DNA from: an uncultured Spirochaetota bacterium
Lineage (GTDB): Bacteria; Spirochaetota; Spirochaetia; SZUA-6; Fen-1364
Length of the DNA: 64,000 nt
Assembly: GCA_963734545.1 (NCBI GenBank)
Contig: CAVTHO010000004.1
Span: forward strand, 704,001 to 768,000
Reading direction: 5' to 3'
Shown: piece after piece, positions 1-9,907 of the stretch
How the letters are laid out: each line of letters begins with the position of its first letter
How positions within the stretch are numbered: the first letter of the stretch is position 1
The notes under the pieces: model-generated
The model's input: the letters and a program-made list of their open reading frames with translations, nothing else
Database searches by the model: none
What the model was told of the DNA's origin: nothing
Program-made: the position numbers and the translations under genes

Positions 1-643
1 GAACAATTTCCGCCATGATGCGCTTGAGCGCGTCCCGGCTGTGCCCGCCAAAGCCCCTGTGGCAGGCCTTGAAGACACCGGATGTGTTTGTGTGCGTGGC
101 GGCCTCATACAGGAGGGGAGCCAGAAGCATCATCTTCTGCCGGAAGGCAGGTTCCTCCGCCAGCGTGCCGGGGTACATCTCCTCGATCCGTTCGCGCACC
201 GCGTCGATCACCCGCGCGTTCTCCCGGGTATAGAAAAGCCTTTCCGTCCGCCAGTCCGCCTCTTCCGTGCTGCGCGGCGCGTAGTGCCTGCTGATATAGG
301 CCTTCTCCTCCCGGGGCGGGGGCAGGCTGTTCAGCTCCGCCAGGACCGGCCCGAGGCCGCCCTTCTCCCTGAACAGGACGTCCGTATCCGCCTGTGCGTT
401 TCCGAGGTGGCAGGAGTTGATCACGTATGAATAGTGCTCCAGGTCGTTCGCGGCAACCGCGAAGCCCATCAGGCGCGCCAACCGGGAGACGGCACCGCTT
501 CCCGCGAACGGGTCGAGGAATGTCGCGCGCGAGGGCTCCGGCACGAGCTTCGAGAAGACTCCGTGCAGGAAAGGCAGGAGCGCCCGCTTGTTTCCTATGT
601 AGGCAATGAGCTGCTCGGTGAGGAATGGATGACGGAGATCCAT
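1..643 (-). CDS. N6-adenine DNA methyltransferase (D12 class), runs off the window edge
   Basis: My translation from ATG 643: MDLRHPFLTEQLIAYIGNKRALL...FLDPFAGSGAVSRLARLMGFAVAANDLEHYS...LYEAATHTNTSGVFKA. YIGNK plus DPFAGSG SAM-binding motif. Absent from the ORF track because it is truncated. Confidence 0.85.
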   Translation of the reverse strand, partial: MDLRHPFLTEQLIAYIGNKRALLPFLHGVFSKLVPEPSRATFLDPFAGSGAVSRLARLMGFAVAANDLEHYSYVINSCHLGNAQADTDVLFREKGGLGPVLAELNSLPPPREEKAYISRHYAPRSTEEADWRTERLFYTRENARVIDAVRERIEEMYPGTLAEEPAFRQKMMLLAPLLYEAATHTNTSGVFKACHRGFGGHSRDALKRIMAEIV

Positions 644-650
644 CCGTGTC

Positions 651-1016
651 TCAGTCAGGGGTGAAGGTGGCCCTGTTCCTGTCCGTCTCGAAGACCTCGA
701 CGAGGCTGAAGTTCACCTGCGGCATATCCGCGTGCATCTTTTCCCAGACAAAGCGCGCGATGCGCTCCGCGCTGGGACACCCGTCGCTGAATGCCGGGTG
801 ATCGTTGAGACTGCTGTGGTCCAGCTCCCCCGTGATCTTCCGAAGGGATGTCTTGAGAAGCCCGAAGTCGACCAGCATTCCCCCGTCGTCGAGCTCTGTT
901 CCGGAGACGGTCACGAGCACCTTGTAGTTGTGGCCGTGCAGCCTCTCGCATTTGCCGTGGTACCGGGTGAGAAAATGTGCGGCCGCAAAGCCGCCTTCGA
1001 CGCGAACGGTGTACAT
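651..1016 (-). CDS. queD: 6-carboxy-5,6,7,8-tetrahydropterin synthase
   Basis: FAAAHFL, CERLHGHNY, MLVDFG, LDH, PSAE and VFET motifs; GGAG RBS before ATG 1016. Confidence 0.9.
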   Translation of the reverse strand: MYTVRVEGGFAAAHFLTRYHGKCERLHGHNYKVLVTVSGTELDDGGMLVDFGLLKTSLRKITGELDHSSLNDHPAFSDGCPSAERIARFVWEKMHADMPQVNFSLVEVFETDRNRATFTPD

Positions 1017-1108
1017 GTCAGTCGGTCTCCAGTCGAGAGCATATTCATTTCGACCCCCCGAGGCAAATGCGTGCGTCCTGCATTCGCAATTCCCGGGATT
1101 CGACGGTC

Positions 1109-1138
1109 TTGCACAGGGCGCAGCCGTCCGGATAGCAT
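1109..1138 (+). promoter_or_regulatory. sigma70-type promoter, probably leaderless murE transcript
   Basis: TTGCAC-18nt-TAGCAT, 6 nt before ATG 1145, no SD. Confidence 0.5.
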
Positions 1139-1144
1139 CCATCG

Positions 1145-2669
1145 ATGAGCTCGAGGTCGTTGCGGGAATTGTGCGCGGCGCTCACCGTGCGGGAGACCCG
1201 GGGAGACATGGGCCGGACGGTGTGCGGCATCGCCTACGATTCCCGGGAGGTGAAGCCCGGCTTTCTCTTCGTGGCGATGGACGGCCTGCACACGGACGGC
1301 CACAGCTTCATCCCTGATGCGCTGGCGAGGGGCGCGGCCGCCCTGGTACACGCCCAGCCGCTCCTCGAAACGCCCGCGGGCGTCACCTGCATCCGGCTGG
1401 ACAACCCGCGCGCGGCGCTCTCTCCCCTGGCCGCCGCCTTCTACGGTCACCCCTCCCGGTCCATCCGCGTAGTCGGCGTCACCGGCACCGACGGCAAGAG
1501 CTCCACCGTATGGTTCATCACCCAGCTTCTCGGGTTCCTCGGCAGAAGAGTCGGATTTCTCTCCACCGTCTCCTTCCAGACCTCCGAAACGATCGTGAAG
1601 AATCCCTTCCGTCAATCCACGCCGGAGGCAACCGAGATCCATGGGATGCTGAGAGAAATGGTGGACCTCGGCAAGGAGTTCGCCGTTGTGGAGACCACCT
1701 CGCACGGGCTGTCACGGCGGATGAACCGGCTGGCGGATGTGCGGTTCGACGCGGGCGTGCTGACCAACGTCACGCACGAGCACCTGGAGTTTCATGGCTC
1801 GTTCGAGCAGTACCGGTCGGACAAGGCGAACCTCTTTCGCGCCCTCACTTCCGCGCCGGACAAAACCGTGGAATGCCCGCGTTTCGGCGTGGTGAACGCG
1901 GACGATCCCAGCGCGCCGTACTTCCGCCAGGCAGCCCAGGTTCCCGTTTTTTCCTATGGCCTCAGGGAGCCCGCTGACCTCGGGGCGCGCGCAATACGGG
2001 CGGATCTGTCCGGCACGACTTTCCTCATGACAGGCGAGGGGGGGGAAGCTGAGACGCGCGTGGCAATTCCCGGGACCCTTCTGGGTGGAAAACTCCCTGG
2101 CCGCGTGCCTGACGGTCGCGCGGCTGCTGGAAATCGACCCCCTCGCCCTGGCCCCTCACCTTCAGGAACTGCGGGGCGTGCAGGGGCGCATGGACTACGT
2201 CGTGCTCGGCCAGCAGTTTGCCGTCATTGTCGATTATGCGCATACCCCCGGAGCGTTCGAGAAGCTCCTCCCCTGGGTGCGCGCCCACACCACGGGAAAG
2301 ACAATCGTCGTGTTCGGCTCGGCAGGAGAGCGCGACAGCGCGAAGCGCCCCCTGCAGGGCAGGGTCGCCTCCGAGAATTGCGACACGCTCGTGATCACGG
2401 ACGAGGATCCGCGGGGCGAGGACAGCATGACCATCATCGAGCAGATCGCCGCCGGCTGCGTCGGCAAGACCCGGGGCAGGGATCTTTTCCTTGTTCCGGA
2501 CAGGCGGGAGGCGATCCTGCTGGCCCTGAGGCGCGCAGCGCCGGGGGACACGGTGATGCTGCTGGGCAAGGGTCACGAAGGGAGCATCATCGGCCCGGAG
2601 GGCGCCGCTGCCTGGGACGAGAGATCGGAGGCGGAGGCCGGCCTGCGGATCCTGGGGTACGGCCGCTGA
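1145..2669 (+). CDS. murE: UDP-MurNAc-tripeptide synthetase (one frameshift near 2075)
   Basis: YDSR, GVTGTDGKSS, STPEA, VETTSH, TNVTHEHL in the first frame; VDYAHTP, VFGSAGERD, DEDPRGED, GKGHE in ORF 2085-2669. Confidence 0.93.
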
Positions 2670-5448
2670 TGCCGGTCCTTCTTGCGCTGATCCTGATTCT
2701 CTGTCCCCGGCCCGCCGGAAGCGAAACACTTCACGTCGGCCTCACGATGGCCGCCGAGCTCAGGGGCTCTGCCCCGGAGATCGGCGCTCTCCAGTCAGGG
2801 GTAGGGGCTCTTTTCGCGAGGGAGTATGGAAGGTTCGCCGACATTTCGTTCGACGCGGCGCCGGGTGCCGGCGCGGCGGGAACCCCGGGGGCGGCGCCGG
2901 GTGCCGGCGCGGCGGGGGCCTCCGGGGCGGCACCGCCTGCCCCGGCGGCGGGCTCCACGGCGCGTGTCATCCTGTCACGGCAGGCCGGCCGCATCGACGT
3001 CTCAACCGATCTTGCGCGAGGAGGCGTGACGCGCTCGTTGTCTTCCTCGGTCCCTGCGGGCGCACTTGCGAGCCTCGTTTCCACGATCACGGGAGACGTC
3101 GCATTCCTCTTCTTCTCCGCGCAGGATTTCTCGGCCTTTCCTCTCGCTGCTCCCCCTTCTCTGCGCGCGACATTGCAGACAGAAACGCTCCGTATCCTCA
3201 CGGGATGGGACTCGACGGACCTGGAGCCCATCGCGCTTGCCGAATCGGAAGGGCAGGTCACCATATGCTTCCCGCACCGCTATCTCACGCTTGACCCGCT
3301 GTTCCGGATCACCGCTGACACCATCCGGGATCTCAATGCCCAAACGGGCAGCGCAGGGGAACCGCTCCAGCTCTCGGGGATTGCCGCGGGACGCCGTGAC
3401 GAGCTTCTCCTCCTTTCAGAACGGGAAGGCGTGATCGCGCGCATCAATCCTTTGCTGGGAACCCGACAGCAGGTATCTGCGCCGGGGCTCTCCGGAGTCG
3501 GCGGCCGGATGCTCGACCCGGATACCCTCGCGGAGCTCTCGAACGCCGGCGGCGCGACGCACGTCGTGCTCCATGGGGCATCACCTTCCGGCCGGCGGAC
3601 GCTGTCGGTGCCTGCTTCCTACGCCTCGGCCCTTTCCGTGGATCCGGAAGGCAACCTCTGGGTGTGGGATGCCGGAGAGCGCCGCGTCCGCGTCATGACG
3701 GCGGGCGGCCGTGAAGTCTTTTCGATCAGGCCGATGATCAGTGCCTCGCTGATGCAGCTCCCCCAGCAGCTCGAGGTTTTCGAGGACGGCAGCTTCCTCC
3801 TGGGCGGCTCGGCAGAGGTCTGGAAGTTCGACAACGCGGGGATTCCGGCATGGCGGCTGTCCCGTATTCCCGGCCGGCCGGGCGAAAAGCTCCCTCCCTC
3901 ATTCGCGCTCGTCGCGCACGGCGCGGACGGGTCCTTCACGCTCCTTGACGCGCCATCGCGCAGGCTGATGACATTCGGACCCGTCACCGGGCGGGATGAT
4001 GAGCTTACCTCCCTGCTTGCGCGACTGGACGGACGCAGGCGGCAGGATCTGCAAAACGCCGGCGAGCTGGCCCGCCGGGCCGGCCTTTCACTGATGGCAT
4101 GGCAGTTTGGCGATCTGCTGGCGCGCAGAGGGGGATCAGAGAACGACAGGGAGGCGGCGCGAAGAGAAGTCCTCAGGGAAAAGTGCGTCTTGTACGCCGC
4201 GCTTGCCGACTCGATGGCGCGCGCCCAGCTCATTCAGCGCGCAGACGGGGCGTACCTGCGTGCCGCGGAGGCGGCGAGAGAGCTCACGGCCGCGGCACCG
4301 GATGACGACGCTGCGGCGCGGCTGGGAGAAGCCATGGTCTCGAAGAGGCAGGCAGCGCGCGCCGGTCTCACCCGGGCGTCCGATGTGCGCATCGTTTCCG
4401 CCGCGGCAGGCGTGGCGCACGAGGGAGGGTGCGCCCTTTCCCTCACCGTCATGCTGCGGGTGAGGAACAATGCGGCGTCGAACCTGACGAGGCTCCGCGT
4501 GCACCTCGGTCTCCCGTCCATCACGGAGACGCAGGCGCTCGCTGCCGTCGATACGCTGTTCCCCGGGGACGAACGCGACATGGAGTTCCCGCTTCGACTC
4601 GACGGTCCCCTGCCGCCGGCCGCTCTCGAGCCCGGGGGCATTCCCGCGGTATTGCTCATTACCTACGAGCGCGGCGAGGAAGGTTTTTCAGTGCCGGATG
4701 CACTCACCGTTCGCGTGATGGATGTCGCAGCCGGAGAGCCTCTCGCCAATTCCCTTGCGTGCCGCGCCGAGACGGGGGATCAGCTCGTGGCAGGGCTCGC
4801 GGATGATCTTCTGGCCGCCGCCGGCCCGGTGCGCGGCGCAGCGGACCCGGTGGCCTCGTTGGCCGGGATACTCGATTCTCTGGGCGGGCTGCGGCGCCAG
4901 GCCGCGTCCGGTCGAGCCGGCGTGGATCAAGCGGCCCAACCGGACCCCGGGCGCGCGGAAGGCGGCGTCCGCCGGGCCCTGCGCGCGCTCTCACCGGATG
5001 AGACCGACTGGACCCTGCTGTCCCTGTCCGTGATCGCCGGCCTGGGGCTGCCTGCCGGGCTCATCTCCTGGCCGGATCGCGTGTGTGCCCTGGTGGATAC
5101 CGGTATCCCCCTGTCCGGCGTCATTTCGTCCGTCCCGGGCATCGAACGATACTCCGGCGTTCTGCGCGCGCTCTCGCGCGAAGAGCGGCTCTGCGTCCCG
5201 CTCAGCGGCCGGCTTTCCCCCGACGCCTCTTCCGCGGCCGCGTGGTCGGTCGTGGATGCGCTCGAGATCTGCCGGGACAAGGCTGTCCGCAACGCCTCCA
5301 TCGCCTGGCTGGACACCGCGGTGACGCGGCAAGGGCCCGCGCTCCCGTGCCGGTCCCCTTTCCCTTTGTTCCTCCCTGCCTGCCGGTGCGGCCATCCGGC
5401 GAGGCTTTGCGCGCAGAGATCGTCAAGGCCCTGGAGCAACAGAAATGA
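2669..5448 (+). CDS. Large exported protein: signal peptide, beta-propeller-like region, helical/TPR-like region, Ig-like domain, degenerate transglutaminase-like domain (frameshift near 5340)
   Basis: TGATG overlap with murE; MPVLLALILILC start; LSVDPEGNLWVWDAGERRV NHL-like blade; C-terminal similarity to the 27511-29574 protein; ATGA overlap with ddl. Confidence 0.6.
2855..2932 (+). repeat. 36-nt tandem repeat containing a GCGCCGG-GTG-CCGGCGC hairpin, in frame (AAPGAGAAGxxG)
   Basis: Copies start at 2855 and 2891, partial copy at 2927. Confidence 0.8.
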
Positions 5449-6518
5449 ACATCTGCATACTGTATGGGGGCAGGTCCGGCGAGCACGAGATTTCCCTCAG
5501 GTCCGCCGGTTCCGTGGTGAAGAACCTCGATCCTTCCCGATACGCCGTTGTCGCCATCGGCATCGACAAGGCAGGGCGCTGGCACCTGCAGGAGGAGCTC
5601 CCTCTCCGGGAAGTGCCCGGACAAGGCGCCATCCTGTCGATCGTCTCCGGGTCGACGCCGGTCTCCATCGTGCCTTCGGACGGCATTCACACTCCCTCGG
5701 GAAAGCTGGCCATCGATTGCGTCTTCCCCGTGCTCCACGGCTCCTTCGGTGAGGATGGCACGGTGCAGGGGCTTCTGGAGATCGCGGGCATCCCGTATGT
5801 GGGGGCCGGCGTGCCGGGGAGCGCGATTTCGATGGACAAGGAAACCGCAAAGCGCCTCTGGAGGGACGCGGGTCTGCCCATCGTGGATTTCCAGGCCGTG
5901 GACCGTTCGAGCTCCGCAAAAGACCTGCGGGAGGCGGCGGCGCGCATCGGCTGGCCGGTTTTCGTAAAGCCCTGTTCGGCGGGCTCCTCGCTGGGCGCCT
6001 CACGGGTGAATGACGCGCGCGAGCTGGATGCGGCGGTCGCGCAGGCGCTGCGCTACGACACGAGAGCGCTCCTGGAACGCTGCGTCGACGCCCGGGAGAT
6101 CGAGTGCGCCGTCATCGGCAATTCCCGTCCCCGGGCGTTTCCTCCCGGAGAAATCGTTCCGTCCCGCGCGCACGGTTTCTATGACTATGATGCGAAGTAC
6201 ACCGACAAGGACGGCGCGTCACTGGAGGCAGCGGCGCAGGTGGATGAGGCGGCCCGGAGGCGCATCATGCGCGCCGCGGAGTCAGCCTACGCGGCGGTGC
6301 GATGCGAAGGCATGGCACGGGTGGATTTCTTCCTGGAGCGCCGCAGCGGCGAGCTCTTCGTGAACGAGATCAACACGATCCCCGGCTTCACGAGCATCAG
6401 CATGTTCCCGCGCATGTGCGAGGCGTCCGGTCTCCCCTATGCCGAGCTCCTCGACACTCTGATCGAGCTGGCCCTGGCGCGCGACACCGAGAAGAAAACG
6501 GTGCGCTACGAGAAGTAG
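5445..6518 (+). CDS. ddl: D-alanine--D-alanine ligase
   Basis: GGRSGEHEISL, FPVLHGSFGEDG, VFVKP, GSSLG, FYDYDAKY, ARVDFF, NEINTIPGFT. Confidence 0.96.
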   Translation: MNICILYGGRSGEHEISLRSAGSVVKNLDPSRYAVVAIGIDKAGRWHLQEELPLREVPGQGAILSIVSGSTPVSIVPSDGIHTPSGKLAIDCVFPVLHGSFGEDGTVQGLLEIAGIPYVGAGVPGSAISMDKETAKRLWRDAGLPIVDFQAVDRSSSAKDLREAAARIGWPVFVKPCSAGSSLGASRVNDARELDAAVAQALRYDTRALLERCVDAREIECAVIGNSRPRAFPPGEIVPSRAHGFYDYDAKYTDKDGASLEAAAQVDEAARRRIMRAAESAYAAVRCEGMARVDFFLERRSGELFVNEINTIPGFTSISMFPRMCEASGLPYAELLDTLIELALARDTEKKTVRYEK

Positions 6519-6606
6519 GCGGCACGGGCTCCCAGGCGCAAACGGCTTGACCGGTCAGGGCTTTTATGACAATACGGTGAGGAGACATTCAATAAGGAGA
6601 CCGCAC

Positions 6607-6867
6607 ATGGGGTGGAACACCGCTTTTCTGGTTCTGGGCATTATCGCGGGAATTCTCGGTATCTGGAATCTGGCCCGGCAGCGCAACATCTTTCTCTCCC
6701 TGACGGGCATCCTGTGGTTCCTGGTCGTCCTGTTCAAGCTTCCCCAGCTGCAGAGCATCTACGACTACAAGCTGGTTTCGGGCATTCCCGGAGTCGGTGA
6801 CCTGGTTCTGTTTCTGCTCATCCCGATATTCATCATCTTCGCATTCTTCACGAGCTACAGGCGGTAG
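6607..6867 (+). CDS. Small membrane protein (about 3 TM helices)
   Basis: AAGGAG RBS, three hydrophobic stretches, 86 aa. Confidence 0.7.
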   Translation: MGWNTAFLVLGIIAGILGIWNLARQRNIFLSLTGILWFLVVLFKLPQLQSIYDYKLVSGIPGVGDLVLFLLIPIFIIFAFFTSYRR

Positions 6868-8029
6868 AAGCCGCACAAGGCTTTGACATTCTCTCCAGCG
6901 CCCAGCGCGCGGTCCGGCGGAGCATCGGTTCACTGCTTGCAGTGAACCGCTCCACGTCGGTCCGCAAACCGGGATCGCGGCTGTTGCCGGCCGCGATAAG
7001 GGCGTTTCGCATCAGCGCGTCTCCCGACACCCAGGACATCCCCATGGCCGTGCCTCGAAACCACTCTTTCAACCCGGAGGCCGGGTCCAGCGAGAGTATT
7101 TTTCGAATTGACACGCTCGGCCCCAGCTCCCCGGCAGCGAAGGGCGCCTCCTCGTTCAGGTTCCGATTGTGCGGGCAGGCTGCCTGGCACTCCTGGCAGC
7201 CGTAGAGCCGGGTCCCCCACAACTCCATGACATGCGGCTCGAGCGGCACGGCCGATCCGGCAAGACCCTGGAGACAGCGGCCAGGGGAGACGAGCCCCGG
7301 CTCTTCGATGGCCCCAACGGGGCACGCAGACATGCAACGGGTGCAGGAACCGCAGAGATCACCCCGCGGCTGGGCAGGCGCAGCCGAGGGGCGAAGCTCC
7401 ACGGAGGGCAGGGGGATGACCGCGCCTCCAATGACGAACATCGAGCCGAGGCCCGGTACGAGGGCGAGCCCGTTCCTGCCGTATGCGGCAAGGCCCGAGG
7501 CAACGAGGAGGGGCTTTTCCGGGATGCGCGAATTGGAAAAAAGGCGGATGGAGGCGCGGGGAATGCCGCGCTCCTCTTCGAGCCGGCGCGCGACCCCGCG
7601 CAGCATTCCCATGGCCATACGATAGTAATTTGCGCGGGCGAATGGCGCGATCAACGCATGTGGATCGCCCGGGCGGGAAAGATCGTCGGGCTCATGCCGC
7701 GCGCAGGAGAGGCAGCAGACGAGCACGGAAGATGTTTCCGACCAGCGCGCCACGGTACTCCGTGGATTTGGCGCCACGGTACTCCGTGGATTTGGCGCCA
7801 CGGTACGGGGTATTCCCCGAACGGGTATTCCCGTACTCCGTGGATTTGGCTCAGGTTCGAGAATCCACTCCCACTCCAGACCCTCGAACGCCCCCTGGTC
7901 CAGAAACCCGCGCGTGCGCAGCGCGCGCGCCCGGCGCGCCAGGGGAATGATAAGGCGGGGATCGACCCACCCCGCTCGATGAAAACCCGCCTCCCGCGCC
8001 AGGGCGAGGACGGAGTCGCCGGGGGACAT
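6848..8029 (-). CDS. queG: QueG-like epoxyqueuosine reductase family 4Fe-4S protein
   Basis: CGSCTRCMSACPVGAI and LYGCQECQAACPHN Fe-S motifs, RNALIAAGN, C-terminal HEAT-like WAL; carries a 34-aa repeat insertion. Confidence 0.75.
   Translation of the reverse strand: MSPGDSVLALAREAGFHRAGWVDPRLIIPLARRARALRTRGFLDQGAFEGLEWEWILEPEPNPRSTGIPVRGIPRTVAPNPRSTVAPNPRSTVARWSETSSVLVCCLSCARHEPDDLSRPGDPHALIAPFARANYYRMAMGMLRGVARRLEEERGIPRASIRLFSNSRIPEKPLLVASGLAAYGRNGLALVPGLGSMFVIGGAVIPLPSVELRPSAAPAQPRGDLCGSCTRCMSACPVGAIEEPGLVSPGRCLQGLAGSAVPLEPHVMELWGTRLYGCQECQAACPHNRNLNEEAPFAAGELGPSVSIRKILSLDPASGLKEWFRGTAMGMSWVSGDALMRNALIAAGNSRDPGLRTDVERFTASSEPMLRRTARWALERMSKPCAASTACSS
7747..7848. repeat. Tandem and nested palindromic repeat (family A), in frame in queG
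   Basis: GCGCCACGGTACTCCGTGGATTTG x2 (24 nt) plus a third copy with a 30-nt insert; total 102 nt. Confidence 0.92.
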
Positions 8030-8038
8030 TGCCGTGCT

Positions 8039-8203
8039 TCAGTCGGAGGTCTTCTCGAAGTCTTCGCGGCTCGCCCCGCACACGGGGCACACCCAATCCT
8101 TCGGGACATTATCGAAGGGCGTTCCCGCAGGGACACCGTTCTCAGGGTCTCCCTTGGCCGGATCGTAGACATACCCGCACACCGTGCACACCCACTTCTG
8201 CAT
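8039..8203 (-). CDS. Rubredoxin (54 aa, below the ORF-track cutoff)
   Basis: [54 protein letters not shown]; GAGGAG RBS. Confidence 0.96.
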   Translation of the reverse strand: MQKWVCTVCGYVYDPAKGDPENGVPAGTPFDNVPKDWVCPVCGASREDFEKTSD

Positions 8204-8233
8204 ATGCGCTCCTCTCTGCTGTGTGTTCGGCGC

Positions 8234-8262
8234 ATACTACCCAAAAGCGGCGCCGGAATCAA
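8234..8262 (-). promoter_or_regulatory. sigma70 promoter for rubredoxin-queG
   Basis: TTGATT-17nt-TAGTAT. Confidence 0.6.
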
Positions 8263-8336
8263 CAACTCGTCTTTTCGAAAGGTCCTTTTTCACTTTCGAT
8301 TGACAGCGTGTACCATTTCTCCTACGCTACTATAGT

Positions 8337-9899
8337 ATGGTTGCGCAGGGCCCGAAAAATCTCGCGCCGAAGAAATCAGCCCCCACGCGTCCGGCTGGAT
8401 TCCTTGAGCGCCTGGTTGCACTGTTCGAAAGCGACGATCCGGAGAGAAAAAAGCAGCGCCAGCTCCGCGAGATAGTTGCCGAGCTCAAGCGGAACCGCTC
8501 CCGCTTCTACAATCCGGTGAAGGGCATGGCGGAACCGGGGCTCGCCCGGTTCTTCTGGGAAATCTACAAAGCGGTGGCTGCGGCGCAAGTACTGTTGAAA
8601 GGCGCGGAAGTCTCCGGAGCGCTGAAAATGACCCTGGTGGATTTTTCCCTGGGGGAGGAACAGCTCCTGCTCAAGGAGAGACTGTCGGAAAAGGCCATCA
8701 CGGAGCGCGCGGGCAAAGGCGCCGACCCCGCCACAATCGAGGCGGAGGTGAGGCAGGACCTCAAGACTTTCATGGAGGGCATCGACACCGACTGGATGAA
8801 CGAGATCGATGCCGTGTACAACCGGCTGCTCGTGCTCCTGGACCTGATCGGTTTCGACTACTTCTTTCTGCTGAAGAAGTTCGACACCGGGATGCCGGAA
8901 CGGGACTTCACCTATACTCCGCACTTCGAAACTATCGACGCGGCCATAATCCAGGATGAGGTGCAGGATTTCCTTGAGATCCTCCCCAACGTCGACACGG
9001 AGGCGAACTGGGAACGTATTCTCACCATCATCAAGGAGCATCGCGGCATGGAGGTGATGTCACGGGACGCGCTGCGCCGCGCGTTCCAGGTGATACGGGA
9101 CATGCAGCGAAGCGGGGTGATGCTCCTCATGGTCCGTCACCTGCTGCAGAATCCTGCATGGAAACCCATGGTGCGCACGCACCGCGAGCGCATCGTGGAG
9201 CCCTATCTCGCCAAGGTCAAGGCGGAGGCGGAAACCTCGGCGCAGAAAGTGGCCAGCGGAAAGCGGAATGAGCAGCTTCAGGCGCTCGCGCGGCAGGTCT
9301 TCGGCTCCGGCTCGGTATCGCGCCTGACAAACTATTCGGAGAGCGCAAACAGCGATTTCGCGCAGAAGATGATGGGGGGATTCCTCTATGTCACCGCGCT
9401 CAGCTACCTGCGCGCGTTCCTGGCGGATTACCTGCCCAAGAGCATCCGGGAAGTCGTGGACCTCCTCATCATCAAGGGCAAGTGGGTGAGCAACGCCCCC
9501 TCGCAGCAGTTGTCCGAGGCGTTTCACCAGCTTCTGAAGGTATCGGAGACCATCTCCCGGTTCGACGCCGGCCTGGCTGAAGACGAGGAGCGGGGGCGGA
9601 AGCTGAAAAACTTCGCGCTGCGCGCGGACCGGGACAAGCAGGCGATCATTCAGCTTCGCGGTGCCCTGCGGCAGGTCAACGACGAGGCGCGCACCATGAT
9701 AGGGGACTCCACAGAGTACTTCGTGGAGGTCGCGCGCGTACTGAAGCTCGCCCATGAGGACGTCGGAAAACCCAACCCCTCCAACCTGATGAACTGGAAA
9801 GAGCTCAAGCCGTCGGGAGACAGGGACCTGCGCTCCCTCATCGCCGGTGTCTACAAGAAAATATACCATTTCGTGCAGCTCATGCAGATGTACCGCTGA
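8337..9899 (+). CDS. Spirochete-type conserved helical protein (DUF5312-like)
   Basis: 520-aa clean ORF; DPERKKQRQLREI, FDYFFLLKKFD and NWKEL motifs recalled from this family. Confidence 0.65.
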   Translation: MVAQGPKNLAPKKSAPTRPAGFLERLVALFESDDPERKKQRQLREIVAELKRNRSRFYNPVKGMAEPGLARFFWEIYKAVAAAQVLLKGAEVSGALKMTLVDFSLGEEQLLLKERLSEKAITERAGKGADPATIEAEVRQDLKTFMEGIDTDWMNEIDAVYNRLLVLLDLIGFDYFFLLKKFDTGMPERDFTYTPHFETIDAAIIQDEVQDFLEILPNVDTEANWERILTIIKEHRGMEVMSRDALRRAFQVIRDMQRSGVMLLMVRHLLQNPAWKPMVRTHRERIVEPYLAKVKAEAETSAQKVASGKRNEQLQALARQVFGSGSVSRLTNYSESANSDFAQKMMGGFLYVTALSYLRAFLADYLPKSIREVVDLLIIKGKWVSNAPSQQLSEAFHQLLKVSETISRFDAGLAEDEERGRKLKNFALRADRDKQAIIQLRGALRQVNDEARTMIGDSTEYFVEVARVLKLAHEDVGKPNPSNLMNWKELKPSGDRDLRSLIAGVYKKIYHFVQLMQMYR

Positions 9900-9907
9900 A
9901 CGGCGTC

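Noticed and set aside
1017-1144. preQ1 riboswitch upstream of queD
   Set aside because: No recognisable aptamer stem or A-rich tail; the space is taken by divergent promoters
1145-5752. 1535-aa MurE fusion ORF in the track
   Set aside because: Artefact of frameshifts: the MurE C-terminus is in another frame ending at 2669, and the next gene has its own ATG and signal peptide
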